From NCBI GenBank assembly GCA_010405405.1, contig MU004243.1, positions 305,340 to 369,339 on the forward strand: DNA of 64,000 nucleotides. The letters run 5' to 3'. This document shows, one piece after another, positions 43,643-57,073 of the stretch (its first letter is position 1; each line of letters begins with the position of its first letter). Origin of the DNA: Microthyrium microscopicum (lineage: Eukaryota). The notes under the pieces were generated by a model. The model saw nothing but the letters and a program-made list of their open reading frames with translations, was not told the origin of the DNA and searched no databases. Both the position numbers and the translations under genes were made by a program.

Positions 43643-43952
43643 GGGGACGATTAGCAAACCAAATCGTGCCAATTTGATTTGGGTGTTTTCTAACCAAAAG
43701 CAGGTCTACTAGGCCTTTATTGCTCTAGCACATAACCTTAATATCTCCATAAATTATTTAGCCTGAGCAGCTTATGATCGCTCAACCAATAATAAGCTAT
43801 GAATGTAGGTGCTATACCTATTTGGTCAAATCAAATTGAGGTCAAGCCGCTAGACCTGAGCTCTAGCGGCTCGACCTCGATTTGATTATCTAACGATTTT
43901 GGGTGAAGATCTGCAAATCAAATTGGCACAGTTTGATCTGCTAATCGTCCCC
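43643..43952. mobile_element. 310-bp MITE, PIF/Harbinger-like
   Basis: 39-bp TIRs starting GGGGACGATTAGCA (43643-43681 and 43914-43952) with four mismatches, all transitions. AAT lies directly outside both ends. Internal 26-bp inverted repeat. Confidence 0.82.
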
Positions 43953-45443
43953 AATGGGACGCGCACATCAGTCTGCAGGTTCTCAATCAGGTTACTCAGT
44001 ACTGTGCTGATTGGACGCCTTTGCAGATAAGGCCAGATTTCTGATTGGGACGTCAATGATGATGGATCGGGAATTGTTTTGAGTCTTATGAGCGCCACGC
44101 TGCACCCGTTGCCACTGTACAGTCACCAGTGTAAGCTGTGATGTCCCGATGCGGAGATGAAGTTGCAGTTACACGTTTGACACGCTCATAGTCGCGTCCC
44201 GACTTTTTGCAACTTACAACCTATCGCCCTCTGGATGATGCATTCCATACCGCGGCTCAACAGTATGGTAAGAAATAGGAATCGCACGTGTATGAAACTT
44301 GTTATTCACAGCGATGATGAGCTCACTAAACGGGGACATCAGATATGTGAGTCCAACGATGAGACTATCATCCGGCTGACCCGCAAGTAACCATGCTATT
44401 CGCAATAGTTTTACCTACAGAACTTAGCTAACAGGTAGCATACAGAAATCAACTCGGATCAAAGTATCTATATACATGTATGAGTACAACAAGCATACTA
44501 CGCGGCGTCTGAGCTGGAAATCTAAGTGGCTCATGCACTACTTGGCACAAGAAGTACCTACAAGCGTAATCGAACCAGATATATTTGGCTCCGCACTTTC
44601 TAGATCGTACAGTAACGCCATGCAAAGTCTTGAGTAGTACTTGTGCTGATAGGCTTGGTGCAACCAATGATTTTGTAGATTTGAGGAGATTATCGGTGTC
44701 TCTCTTCTCTCTATCGATCGAGATTCTTTTGAAGTTTGGTACTTCATTGGCCGGGTTTCAAGAGCGCATGCATGGATCAACGCCATAGCAGAGCCTCGAG
44801 GTGCCAAGTCTCCCATGTTCTCGTATCCCTTCCGATCTTCCGATCATGTTGGATATAAGGTGCGAGGTTGACGCATTCTATGACCTACGGTGGCCCTGTA
44901 TAAACAGGAAATAGATTAAGAGTTCGAGCTCTAGGAATTCTGGGCCAGCACAACACGATAGCTGTCGAGTCTGCTTGGAACTTGGATCGTATTGTAGGTG
45001 TTATGTACTCAAGCCTTGCGTAAATTGTGTACAGAAGTAAAGCCTAAACATAAATCTTCACTAGCCACATTAGCACCCTGTGTTGAAAGATCGCTTAGAA
45101 TAGAAAATCACTGGCCCACGAGGCAAACGCAATTGAGCTAGCTAGATAGCAGTATGGTACGAAGAGATGATCTTGTACGAGAACTACTACAAGATGTGGG
45201 TGACTTATATCCCAAGTTCAACATTAAATACTATGACATAAAACGGTGCTATTTTCGTTCTCTAAATCCATGCTACAAACATTTCATAAGTCGCTTGCAA
45301 TATTCCCTTTTCTACCCACAGCTACACTACTTTGTATAGCCATGATCAGCACGAAGCATCCATATCCCTTCCTAGCATTACGTCGTCAATGAGCCCAGCA
45401 ATGGCAGAGATAAAGATTCTTTATCGAGCCTGTTCAGACCCAA

Positions 45444-46988
45444 CTAGGAATACTTCTCGCCCTTAGACCCTCGGTAGTCACCTTTGTCATACTGCGGCGG
45501 TGCTCCAGTCCATGAGTTGTCTCTTTGAAGTCCAGGCATCGTCTGCACGCCCGGTATGGACGCCGAACCCTTTGCTGAATTGCCACCCTTCTCATCAACC
45601 ACTGTAAGATCATCCTCACCCCCAACCATGACCTGGCGGCCATCCTTCACGCGTCCAACGATCATGCCCTTCGCCACACTCTTGATGACCGCTCGGCGAC
45701 TCACACCAGTCACATCAACGTACACAAGTCCCACATTCGTGACACCCTGCGCCAATTCCTTGGCTACCTGGCGTGCATCTTCGCCGTAGCGATGGCCGAC
45801 AATATGTGTAGCAGAAGATGCACCGCTATTAAGCACATGCTTGCCTCCAGTCGCAATGCCATCAGCCAACGTACTGAATGCAATCATGCTCTTGTTTAGT
45901 AAACCTGGCTTATAACCATCCGCATCAGCCACCTCTTTCTTATCCTTGCGCTCGCCACGCCGGGTGAGACTAGCGCCTACGTTTTGAGCAAGCTGGGTTG
46001 CGCGTCCAACAGTCTTGGACGAGAGTGAAGCAGCAGATTGTGTGGCGCCATTGATGCGGCGCACATTGGCGTGGGTGCCGGCAGAGAAGGTGAGAGGTTT
46101 GTTGACGGGTTTCGTCTTGGTAGAGAAGGTCTCGGCGCCGCTGGTCATGGCGTTTGCGATGTACGTGGAACCAGTTACGATGAGACGTGAGGCTGCAGCG
46201 GCATTTTGGACGATGGATGAGGTGGCGTAGGCAGGATGGCGGGCGAGATCGAGGTATTCTTCTGAGAGGGGTTTGACTTCGATACGTTTACCGTCTGCGG
46301 AGACTGAGATCTCGACGGGGTCTGGGAAATGGTTAGCTTGACTATGATGGCTTCAGTGAGAAAACTTACCCTTTCGGCCTGGTTTGAGGGTTGGATGTTC
46401 AACAATCAATGTAGAATCATCTTCTGCTAATTCGCCAACAACACTTCCGTCGTCCTCGTCGACCAATACAATCTGGCCTTGATTCGGTCGCGCCGTGCCC
46501 ACTGCATATGCCTCGCCAGGCTTATAATCTCCGGGGTTATATGCAACGAGACCCTTCTGCGGCGCAGGCTCGCGCTCTAAGAACGAAGTGCATTGTGCCA
46601 GAATGGTCTCGAACGTGTCAATATCCTCCTGTCGTACTCCACGGCCAAGTGGAGGGAAATCGATACGAGTGAAAGCTCCGCTGTCTGGCGCCAAGTCCCA
46701 GCGGGGTATCAGGTAGCTATTTGGTGGTTGATGGTATATTTGTGTAGTCGCGGGGAGAGGAAGTTCGAGCTCAGGAGGAAGAATGAGATGGAGATAGAAG
46801 TCGTCCTCGGGTGAAGCTGGACGCTTGGAATCACCATAACCTTCTGAAGGGGTACGTGTGGGCACCATGAGCAAAGAAAGCGTCTGGGGGCCCGAAGGAT
46901 TCAGCGAAGTCTGCTCTCCATCCTGAATATGGAAGGCTGTAATGCCCGGGATGGAGAAGAGCAAGCGAGGGTCATGTTGAGCTGCCAT
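45444..46988 (-). CDS. Spartin-like senescence-associated domain protein
   Basis: MAAQHDPRLLFSI, DFYLHLILPPELELPLPATTQIY, GQIVLVDEDDGSVVGEL, VGHRYGEDA, NVGLVYVDVTGVSRRAVIKSVAKGM. One intron at about 46322-46369. Confidence 0.85.
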
Positions 46989-47688
46989 TGTCGTGTAATG
47001 CGTTTAGAGAGTAGGATTGATGGTGGGAGAGAAGACCAGAGAGATTTTGGGCAGGATATCAGTTTTAAGGAGTAAAACCTTGAATACAGCTCAGCCAAGG
47101 TCTTCATCACGGCGCTTCTTTCAGTGAGAATTGCTGGACGTCATTGGATATGGATAGAGGCAGTGGACCAATCATCAGGCTGCGCTAAGGCCTTGGAAGC
47201 TTCGGCGATCCCCCTTGGCAGTGGCTGGTGTGCATCCTTTTGTGGCGCAGTAGTCTCCTCGATGTGGCGAGTGCAAATGGGCTTTTGCACAGATAGGTAT
47301 GTTCTAGATCTTCATGGACTTGAAGAGAGAGACTGGGGAGGCAGACTAAGGAGATCTCTCTAGCTTCTTGCGAGATAGGACGCTCAGTAACAATAAAGAT
47401 TCCAAGCAGGTTAGGCACTCAAAGCAGTAACTATCACAGTATTAGGAAAAGCTAGGAGAGGTCAACCTGCAAACAACATCTTGATATTTTCCATGCTAAA
47501 TATCATAACTTCGTGGACCTGAAAGCTTCATGCAGCCGAAGAGCCTTCAACTTTCAAGAAGTAAATAATGTTCCTTACTCTCGTCTTTCATTCATCCACC
47601 AGTGCTGTGCCAACTCAAAACAACCTATTCAGCCCAAAATCCAGGGTTTGATGCATAACGACGGAGTAGGATCCATGGCAACCGTCGC

Positions 47689-48483
47689 TCAGAGCTCGTT
47701 CTCATGTGCAGCAATTATGAGCTCAATCTTCAGAACTCGATCAAAGTCGATGGTCTGCTCGCATGTCTCGCATTGTATCCAGCCAAAGATGTCTGGATGT
47801 CCAAAGAGCTTGGCCTCATAATGGAAGTCCTGCACCTTGTAGATCTGCCCAACGGCATATTTGCCTGAAAAAGGATGGTCCAGATGGGGTCCAATGCTAA
47901 AGTCTTTCTCGACACTCATGATCTGTCTAGCCAACCATTTTTCCCAAAGCGTGTTGATGGCGATCACTTTGAGGTTCGTCAGATTCGGGAAGTACTTCAT
48001 GAGATCTGGGACAATAGAGTTCATATCCATGACGTTGGGTACAACGACCCACATGTTGCTGATCAATTGGGCAGAACGAGGTGTGACACGAGCCATGAGC
48101 GCGCCTAGCGCTGGAAGATGGTCGTGCCATTTACTAGAAACTAAGAACGGCATCTTCGAGAAGGCCATTTCGTAGGCGTCTTGGTATAGGTTTCGACAGG
48201 TGAGTAGGAATCGCAGCCGCTTAGATGTTTGTTGTATACAGTAGGGGCTCCGTCGACCCTGAAGAAGCGCATGTTTTTGGCCAATAAGTCTGCTGGTGTC
48301 TTCTTCTTCTGGAGCCTCGCAAACGAACGCCCAGATCATGAGTCGGAGCTCGGCAGGTAGTCTGAGTAGGCGCGACGAGTCGTGGTTCTGTTTAGTGATG
48401 GCAGTATTGGCGTCATTCGCAGAGAATGTGATTGACGCATCTACTGGTGCAAGCCCGACGGCAGGGGAGTTGTTGTAAGCCAT
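47689..48483 (-). CDS. Hypothetical protein with an F-box-like SRLLRLPAELRLMIW motif
   Basis: Long single-exon ORF with L..LP.ELR..IW and later FLLTCRNLYQDA, a common fungal pairing. Start taken at ATG 48483. Confidence 0.7.
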   Translation of the reverse strand: MAYNNSPAVGLAPVDASITFSANDANTAITKQNHDSSRLLRLPAELRLMIWAFVCEAPEEEDTSRLIGQKHALLQGRRSPYCIQQTSKRLRFLLTCRNLYQDAYEMAFSKMPFLVSSKWHDHLPALGALMARVTPRSAQLISNMWVVVPNVMDMNSIVPDLMKYFPNLTNLKVIAINTLWEKWLARQIMSVEKDFSIGPHLDHPFSGKYAVGQIYKVQDFHYEAKLFGHPDIFGWIQCETCEQTIDFDRVLKIELIIAAHENEL

Positions 48484-49321
48484 TGAGAAGACCTTAGAAG
48501 ACGTGGGGAGGTTGTCTGCGTTTCGTTTTTGGGAAAGTGTTTTCAGGTCGGACGGGTTCAAGTTCCTAGTATATATAGAAACTCTTGATGCTTGAGCTAA
48601 GGTACTTGGAAATCTCAAGTTGTGGTGTGGAGTAGAATGCGGGTTTGAAGACGGTGAGGATAGGATCATTTCGACAACAAGCATGCAAGATGAACATTGT
48701 TGGTTGATGACAGTGAAAACAACAGCCTAGTAGGGGTCGCAGTCACTTTCATAGAGTAGTTTGGAGCGCCACCTCGAACAGGGCGAATACCACGCTAAGA
48801 GCCACCTAAATCCCTATGTTGAGGTTTACAATCATTTCTGCTCAGTACCTAGTAAGCAACAACTTGCATCTCTTACATCTATCAGTTGTTGGTGATATCC
48901 TGTCCTCAATCTTCTCCAAAGCCGAAGACACAAACGAAATGGCGAGGCTGCAACCCGAGTCCTCAAATCGTCTCTACTTCGTACAATCGAAAAGTACTGC
49001 TAACAGTAGTGTCTCTCGGAGTCCACAAAAGTCTTCCAGTATCCAGTACACAGGTCCAGCAATTTAGCTTTTGTTGGACGAGCACCCACATATATCTATT
49101 TAGTCCTGTTATACGGATACCAAACTTCCGATGCTATAGGGGTCAGAGACAAATCGCACCAGGTTGCTACAGTTGCTGGCAGATACAACATCTGCTATCT
49201 CGCACTCTAAAGAGAGAAGACAGTAGTTCTTGTCAGTTGCCTTAAACACTCGCGTAATCTTGAAGCCTGAGAGCATTGTGTCCTCTTCGCATCCAGACAA
49301 GCCATGAGGTTAATTGTTCTG

Positions 49322-49327
49322 TGACTC
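49322..49327 (+). promoter_or_regulatory. Possible Gcn4/CpcA cross-pathway control site (TGACTC) upstream of TRP2
   Basis: TGACTC core about 330 bp upstream of an amino-acid biosynthesis gene. A hexamer can occur by chance. Confidence 0.3.
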
Positions 49328-49652
49328 GTGAGCTTCGACCTACAGATTTGCTGAAGGTCGGTCAGATTTGTCGAAGGAGTGAATTACGATATCAAGCGCA
49401 ATTGAGAAATAATCTCTCATCATCATAATAATCCAACTTCATTAACTCAAGCGCCATATGTTTGTTATAACTGGGCGAAAGACACAACGTAAAATGCACA
49501 TTGAATTACTGACCCAAAGCCGACATCGGCACAAGCGCCTCGGACTTTAGATATGGATTTTGTCCCCGCCAAAGTTCCAGTTGCCATTGTTTGAATTCCA
49601 AGACACCACAAGACACCATCCTACCATCCCTTACACATTACACACGACCACA

Positions 49653-51796
49653 ATGACGAATCTCAGCATAGAGCCATCCATTGAGACGGTACGCCAAGTC
49701 ATTAAAGCGACTTCAGCTCTGCCGACACCCCCCAATCTCATCCCTCTCTCGATCAGCCTCTCTTCCGAGTTCCAAACACCAGCCAGTCTCTACCTGAAGT
49801 TGACAGCAAAGTGAGAAGGAATGTACACATATAGCTGGGCTCGGATCTGACAGTTTGAGCCTAGATCGAATGCCAGATCTTTTCTTTTCGAGAGCGCTGC
49901 TACAACAGAAACAATTGGAAGATATAGCTTCGTAGGTGTTGGTAAGAGTCATCCTAATGCTGCATTGTCGCAAGAAATCTAAAGCAGTAGAGCTTTATTG
50001 AATCACTATCTTACCGTAAATCAATAGATCCGCATAAAGTCATAACTTCAGGTCCTGGCTACTCCCTTGGCGAACAAGATCCCCTTCCTACCCTCGCCGA
50101 CGAGCTCGCCCAATTCCGTGTCGCACAAGTACCTGGTGTCAAATTACCACCACTCATAGGAGGAGCAATTGGATATGTTGGATATGACTGCGTAAAATAC
50201 TTTGAACCGCGCACTCGGCGCGACCTCAAAGATATAGTGCGAGTTCCCGAGAGCTTGTTCATGTTCTTCCATACCATTGTCGCAGTCGATTCGTTCTTTC
50301 AGCAAATCAAGATATTTACCTACCTTAAGGTACCTGGTACACCAGGTGCGGAAAACAATGTAGAAGCAGGCTATGAACTGGCAAGACAGATATTGTCCGA
50401 GACGCTGGCAGCCATTACAGTAGACAAAGGTACCACTTCCAATAACTTGAAGATGTTGCAAATGCTAACTAGGCACGAGTCCCAATCCCTCCTCAAGGCC
50501 CCATTAAGCCTGATCAAGAATATACCTCGAATATCGGCCAGGCGGGTTACGAGTCGCATGTCACCAAGTTGAAGGAACACATCAATCGCGGTGATATCAT
50601 ACAAGCGGTTCCCTCGCAACGAGTTGCTCGACCAACATCCTTACATCCATTCAACGTATATCGGCGACTTCGAACAGTCAACCCTTCACCATACCTGTTT
50701 TTCATTGACTGCGAAGATTTCCAAATCATTGGGGCCAGTCCAGAGGTGCTCGTAAAAAGTGAACAAGGCCGCATTATAACGTAAGTCTTGGGCGTGGCAG
50801 ATATCCATTTTCGAGGCTAACAGGTCTCAGCCACCCGATCGCAGGAACCGTCAAAAGAGGAGCAACGGCACAAGAGGATGATGCCCTCGCAGAAGAACTC
50901 AAAAACTCTCTCAAGGATCGCGCAGAACATGTCATGCTCGTGGACCTTGCCCGTATGTCCTCAGATTATATCCTAAAAAGCTTGCTCACTGTCTTGTAGG
51001 GAACGATGTTAATCGCGTGTGCGATCCCCTGAGCACTAGAGTCGATCGCTTGATGATAGTCCAGCGGTTTAGTCACGTCCAGCATCTAACCTCTGAAGTA
51101 TCTGGTGTCTTGCGACCGGGAAAAACGAGATTCGATGCGTTCCGATCCATCTTTCCTGCAGGAACCGTCAGTGGAGCACCAAAGGCAAGTCTACAAACTT
51201 CTTGACGCAGCATATTCTGACAGGTCAGGTTCGTGCCATGGAGCTCATTGCCGAACTTGAAGGCGAAAAACGAGGCGTCTATGCTGGAGCTGTGGGATAT
51301 TTTGGCTACGACATCTGTTTGCTTGACGGCACCGTTGAGGAAGGTGCTATGGATACGTAAGTTTGGCCAACCCTCTGATGATAGTTGTCGCACAGACTAG
51401 GATCGCCGCGGGCAACTGCATATATGCAAGTTGTTGCTCAAGACTGACTGTTTCAAAGTTGCATTACATTGCGGACGATGGTCATGAAGGACGGCATCGT
51501 CTACTTGCAGGCTGGCGGTGGAATCGTATTCGATAGCGACGAGAACGACGAATATGTGAGTTGATCTAAACACTTTTTCCAAAAGACCTTCTCCCCGCCT
51601 TCGATTGTTGACAGGATGGCGGGACCGCATGTTTTGAAACATATAAACTGACTCGATATACAGGTTGAAACACTGAATAAACTTCGCGTAAGTGAAACAA
51701 TCTACTGGGCCACAACTTTTCTTTACTAACTTGCCAAAGGCCAATCGGGCTTGCATAGATAGCGCGGAAGCACTGTTTGCTCTAGCCGAAAAGTAG
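49653..51796 (+). CDS. TRP2: Anthranilate synthase component I
   Basis: [87 protein letters not shown] and [11 protein letters not shown] across many short introns. Confidence 0.95.
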
Positions 51797-54477
51797 TCGG
51801 GTAGCGAAGAAGGACATTCTAATGGCTCATCGTATGGAAAGTTCTAAAAGACACAAATGTTTGTCAAAATGTCATTCTTGTCAAATCAGCATGTGAGACC
51901 GATAGCGAAACATTGTTTCCTTTAGCTATCATGACATTTCGCCGATGACGAAAGGGTAGCTGTCATTTGAAGCTTCAAACCTCTAGAGACAGCCAACCAC
52001 ATCTAATAGAGCGGCGTGGCTGAATAGATATGAGCTGGGAGTTTGTGGCGCGAGCTTGCCTGCTTGGAACCCTCGTCTGGGGTGAATCATGCATGGCCAG
52101 CAATGCAACAAGCTGCAAGGTGCAAATAATCGATAGCTGTGCCAAGTTTAGAAAATTTGCGAAGCTTGGAACCTAAGGAATTTGCCAATCAGTACTGGCG
52201 TATTAGATTGCTTGAAGAGTTCAATCAACTCCATCGCACATTTTTAATGATACCGTTGACAAATGTGTGATTGGATAAGTAGAGTAAGTTGTGCAAAGGT
52301 CTATCCTCACAGCGATGCTTCATAGCAAGTCTTGATTAACGACCGAGTTCCTGTACAATCAACGATGCCCTTTTGACCTAAAAGTAACCCGTGGATCATA
52401 TTTGAGGTTGGTATCTTAGCAGTGGTAAGTACTGAACTGGGCTCGCTAGGGCAGATTGAGGCAGGCTTTCAGCCTCGTACACTGGCATGGTTGGGCTCTG
52501 GAAATACCTAGAGCTCCGATACAATTGTATATTGGTGGTTGCTTTCAGTTCAAAAGCTTCTCAAAAGTTAGTTTAAATATCACCAATCAATGAACTTCGT
52601 AACGTCGCTGCGCTGGCTGGCAGCCATGCAGAGCATTTGCTTGTCATGGTGGGTTTTTGCCCAAGAGTTAATCACCACCTCTTTCGTACTATCGTAGGCT
52701 AGACGGCAATGCGGACGGCGAAGACCCTTCTCATGTTCAGCTGCTCGCCAGAAGCATATTGACCTACCTACCAGCACCGCTCGACGACACTTTCTTGATT
52801 GTGTATCGGACGATCCGGGCGTGCTGCTCAAAAGGGGCAAGCGGCGTATGCAAGAAGACCTCTTTTTCTCCTCTTTTGTTCGCTACGGATGCGCAAGACG
52901 GATTGATACTTTGCATTGGTGCAGGAATTGCAGAGATAGTTTGTACCGTGAAGCGTACACGTCGACGGTCACCGCATAGCTCTGATGGGTGGAAACAAGG
53001 TTGGATTTGAGTTGATCCTATCCATGGCCCCCCTGTTCAAATGCCTCGTTACGCAGCGATCAAGATCCTGATTTTCGTCCCGTGCAAGATCGTCTGGAGT
53101 TGCCAGTGTGGCACAGCACGTTGTGGTCTTCCCAGTTCCCAGCCATTTGGATCAGTCGTTTGCTTGGCCCAGCCCGCCCGCCAGCCCTCGTTGCTATAGG
53201 TATGACGCCAGGGTAGCGGCGTGGGAAAAAACCTCGTGGTCTGGGCTCGGAGTGTGTCGTTTTCCCCGTGCCCTTTTTATTTCTTTATAGTCATAGGGAC
53301 GATAAAATCGCCTGCTATGGGGTGAGTAGTGCTCCGCGAGTCCGCACTACTGAAGCGAAGGTGGCTTGCAACGCTGGCAGCTGTTGTTCAGATGAAAAAG
53401 GCCCATGAGTAGATCTGTGTGGCTGCAGAGATTTGATGGGCAATTCCAGCCAATGGACAAATAGTTTGGGCCCGATGACGCTACTGACCAGCACATGCGT
53501 CGATGACTTCACTGGCCCATGACAGCGCGTACAAAAATCAATGGAAGCGTTTGCAGCATTGGCTAGAGATACCGGACTGGTACATACCGGGGCATGTTGA
53601 AATGAGCAGCAATTGAAGGCAAATTAAAGCGGGCTTGTCGCCCAACAACCCTTGGGCATGGCAGGTGGTAGTAGGCAAATAAGTGAACGCGGGCATGTCT
53701 CCAGCACAGACATATAAGATCTGATGGTATCATAACTGCTTTGTAGACTGTGTAAAGCCCCGGTATCTACCAGGAGCACTGGAGGAAAAAAGAGTGCTGT
53801 GAGTGCATCTGTGTCACCGAATACCGCGCTGGATTAAAGACATGGATGTCAGACAGCCTCATCGCGAGCATCCACTCAGGATGCTGCTCAATCACGATAA
53901 TATGGGTCTTTAGGCAGTTTGATTGCATGAAGCCAGCGACTCGCTCTATATTGAGTCTAGCTCTGTACTTTAGAGCATTAGCGCATGCTTCCCGTCCATG
54001 CAGCTCACAAGCGTGCTAAAAGCTTGCAAAGCTCAAAGTGCAGCTTCCTTGAATTCTTGGTCTGGGAACCATTGCCCAGGCACGGGGTAGCTCTTGCTCT
54101 TTCCGCACCTGCGCCTGGCACCTGCACCACCAAAGCTTGATGCTAGCCTCGTCTCTAGACTCTAGCACGTCTAGCCTTTCCGCGCTCTGATTCTGAATCA
54201 AGGTTTTAGGAAAGACCAACCTGCACAACACTGGATCGCTGTTGCCCAATTGAGTCGTGCTTTCCTTCTTGACCCTGCCCCCACCCCCGGGACGTGTTGC
54301 TCTTTCCCTACTTTCCCTATATAATCATACCGAAGCCGCTCAGCTGCTCAATTGACCTCTTCCTCCAGTTTTCTGCATCCCAGTCCATCCGTTTCCAAAC
54401 ATCAACAAAACATCCACCAGCATCTACATCACACTCCACTCAGCTTCAAACAGTCTTCCATCTCTCAATCCATCACC

Positions 54478-55230
54478 ATGAAGTTCCTCATCTCCATCTC
54501 CGCGCTCGTCGCTGTCGTCGCTGCTCAGGACATTAGCACCGTCACAGCATGTGGTGTAAGTTCAGCCACTCTTCAAGTGCTTTAGCGGACCAAAATTGAC
54601 CCATCTCTAGCAAATGTGCATCACCAACATGGTCCAAATCGCCAATACCCAATTCGGCTGCGCGAATGGCGATGTTAAGTGCTACTGCGCCAACACAGAG
54701 TTTGCCAAGGGTTTGAGTGACTGCTCAGTCCAGGCTTGCGGTGCCGCTGTACAGGCCCAGGTCGTCGCTTATGGCCAAGCTTACTGCGCCAGTATGTCAA
54801 AACCTCATTTTTGAAATCCAAACCTCGCTAACTATGTTCTAGACGCTGGCGCTGGCACAAGTGGTAGCGCTACTGGCTCTGCCACAACTGCTGCTGCTTC
54901 AGGTGCAGGAGCCTCTGCTTCTTCCGCCGCTTCCTCTGCCTCTTCTTCAGGCGCATCTGCCCTGTCCAGTGCTAAGAGCTCTGCTTCCGGTGCCGTCGCC
55001 TCAGTCTCATCTTCCATCAGCTCTGCTGCCTCAGGGTACGTCATTTCGTGATTGATATCTAAGAAAATTGTGCTAACAACTCCAGCGCTGCCGCATCCGC
55101 TTCAAGCAAGGCCACTAGCGCAACTGGCGCCGCCGGTTCTGCCACTTCCTCCGGATCTTTCGCCATGAAGACTCAAGCTCCTCTCGTTGGTGCTGGTGCT
55201 CTTGGTCTCGCTGCCATGCTTCTCATCTAA
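54478..55230 (+). CDS. CFEM-domain GPI-anchored cell-surface protein
   Basis: Signal peptide MKFLISISALVAVVAA, an eight-Cys CFEM pattern (ACG.MCI...GC...D.KCYC...DCS.QAC...YC), a Ser/Ala-rich stalk and a hydrophobic tail. Three introns. Confidence 0.9.
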
Positions 55231-57073
55231 GCATTCAGCTCTGTCGATTCGGTGTAAACATGAAACTCGAAAAAAAGAACCCTCATGATCCTCTTACCCT
55301 TAATGCTATGCTCCATGCATTTTCTGGACGCTACCTTTCGAAACCCGAAGCGGTGGATGCCTCTCGTTTGCATCGGGCAACCATTCTTGTTGTAGAGGAT
55401 ATACTACGACGAGGGACGTTGTTTGATAATACCCATCACTGATTGATGATGCAATGGTCTTATGAAGTTAATTGAAGATGATTACCCAAACCATGGAAAT
55501 GCTCTCTCCTGTCTCTCGTTGTTATTACTGGCTCTAATGGTGTCTAAACTTGTGCTCACGGCTTTGCCTTGGGGCATTGTCCTTGTAAGGAACCTAATAT
55601 CTGTATATATCCAACTTAGCCTAATTCACGGCCGCTACGTAGTCTGTTAACCCCCATCGTGCGCCAGAAATTGGAATTGATCGACACATGTTGAAGTTGA
55701 ATTCTGCCCTATATACCGCCTTGTATTACCAGCCACTGAAAACCATGCTATATACGGTTCTGAACGCCCGTCCGCTCAACCCAGCATTGCGTTTCAATGT
55801 ATTTTCGCTTTCTTAACTTATACTCAACTATTACCATATTACCCTCACAGCCCAAGAGGGCTTCTAGTCGGCCACGTTGTTACTGCCACTCTACCAAAAG
55901 TCCCTGGATTATTGTAACCGCATAAATTCCAATATAGTTCTACCATCTGCCCGTTCCGCCCTGCCTCTCTTCTCTCTGCCCTGTCGTCGCGAACAATGCT
56001 GCAAGAGACCTACGGAGTTATCTAACCTCGTACATTGCCTGCCCAGTACAAAGCCCCGTGCCCTGCGACAGCACCCCAATCTACTAGACTCCACACTAGA
56101 CTTACCGAACCACGGGACTGCAACAATTGTGCTTTTCGCTCTTTTCGCATCGGCATTGGCGTGGATATGTATTCTCTCTGTGGTATGGATAATTTGCCTA
56201 TTCAGTGGCTAATTCGCATGCTCTGCGCCACCGTCGCGTTACCCGAAAAATTAACTTCTCCAAAGACCCAGTTATTCAATTTCAGCTTGCTCTCTCCAGT
56301 GACATATCTTCAAACGCGACACAGCGCGGCTTGTCACCCACGCGCAAGCAGTGGTGTAACCTCTAGGCGCGCGATGACGGGCTGGAGTAGTACTACCTAA
56401 GATGCGCAAACTTCATTTCACGGTCTTTTGGGCATGCGTTTCCCGATCGCCAAATCCCCGTCGCTCAGTCTCAGCATCTGAGCAGGTGGCGCAGGGGTTG
56501 GGTGGTAACACTCGGCGATTTGCTAACAAGGAAATTAAATTGGCATAGGAGAGCTGTGGTTGGGAGTTGAATCTAAGATGATGTTGGCTTCGCGACGGGG
56601 GTATGCTGGGCGAGTCGCGGGGCGCGAGTGACAGCGTAGCGTGGTGGGAAAATCTAGGCCCAGACCCAGGATTTGTTGTAGAGATGGCCGGTAGGGATTG
56701 GGGAGGCATGGGTGTTTGTGGCGTTGTTAATACTGCTTTATTGCCTGCTGTACCGTCATATTGGGTGAAATTTAGAAGCGAGGAGTGGTGATGTCACTTG
56801 AAGAATAAGAATTGTATATCGTATATGTTCTGTAGAGGATTTAATAATGTTGTAATATGAACGTAAGTATTGTTCGAATGGCTGGAAAAGAGAGAAAGGG
56901 ATTGGTGGAGAGTTGGAAGATTTAATACCCCTGCTAGCGTAGCCTTGTGATGCATACGGAGTATTCAGCCTTGTTCGCTGACGACATGCTATGAAAAGTT
57001 TCGTGGGAATTAATAAGTCTACGACCTTGATTTTTATGGCTTTTCATGATTCTGTTATAGACAAAGCGCAGAT

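Noticed and set aside
43956..44200. GGGACGCG...CGCGTCCC inverted pair next to the MITE as a second element
   Set aside because: Only 8 bp match and there is no clear TSD.
48816..49300. Short ORFs and a branch-site-like GCTAAC...AG between the F-box-like gene and TRP2
   Set aside because: No consistent exon chain or recognisable product.
51357..51458. TRP2 intron with TGATGA...CTGA and a TGCATATATGCA palindrome as a box C/D snoRNA
   Set aside because: The CTGA coincides with the branch site, there is no terminal stem, and I could not identify an rRNA guide sequence.
55877..56791. Overlapping short ORFs between the CFEM and GH140-like genes
   Set aside because: No motifs, mostly non-ATG starts, and no convincing splice pattern.
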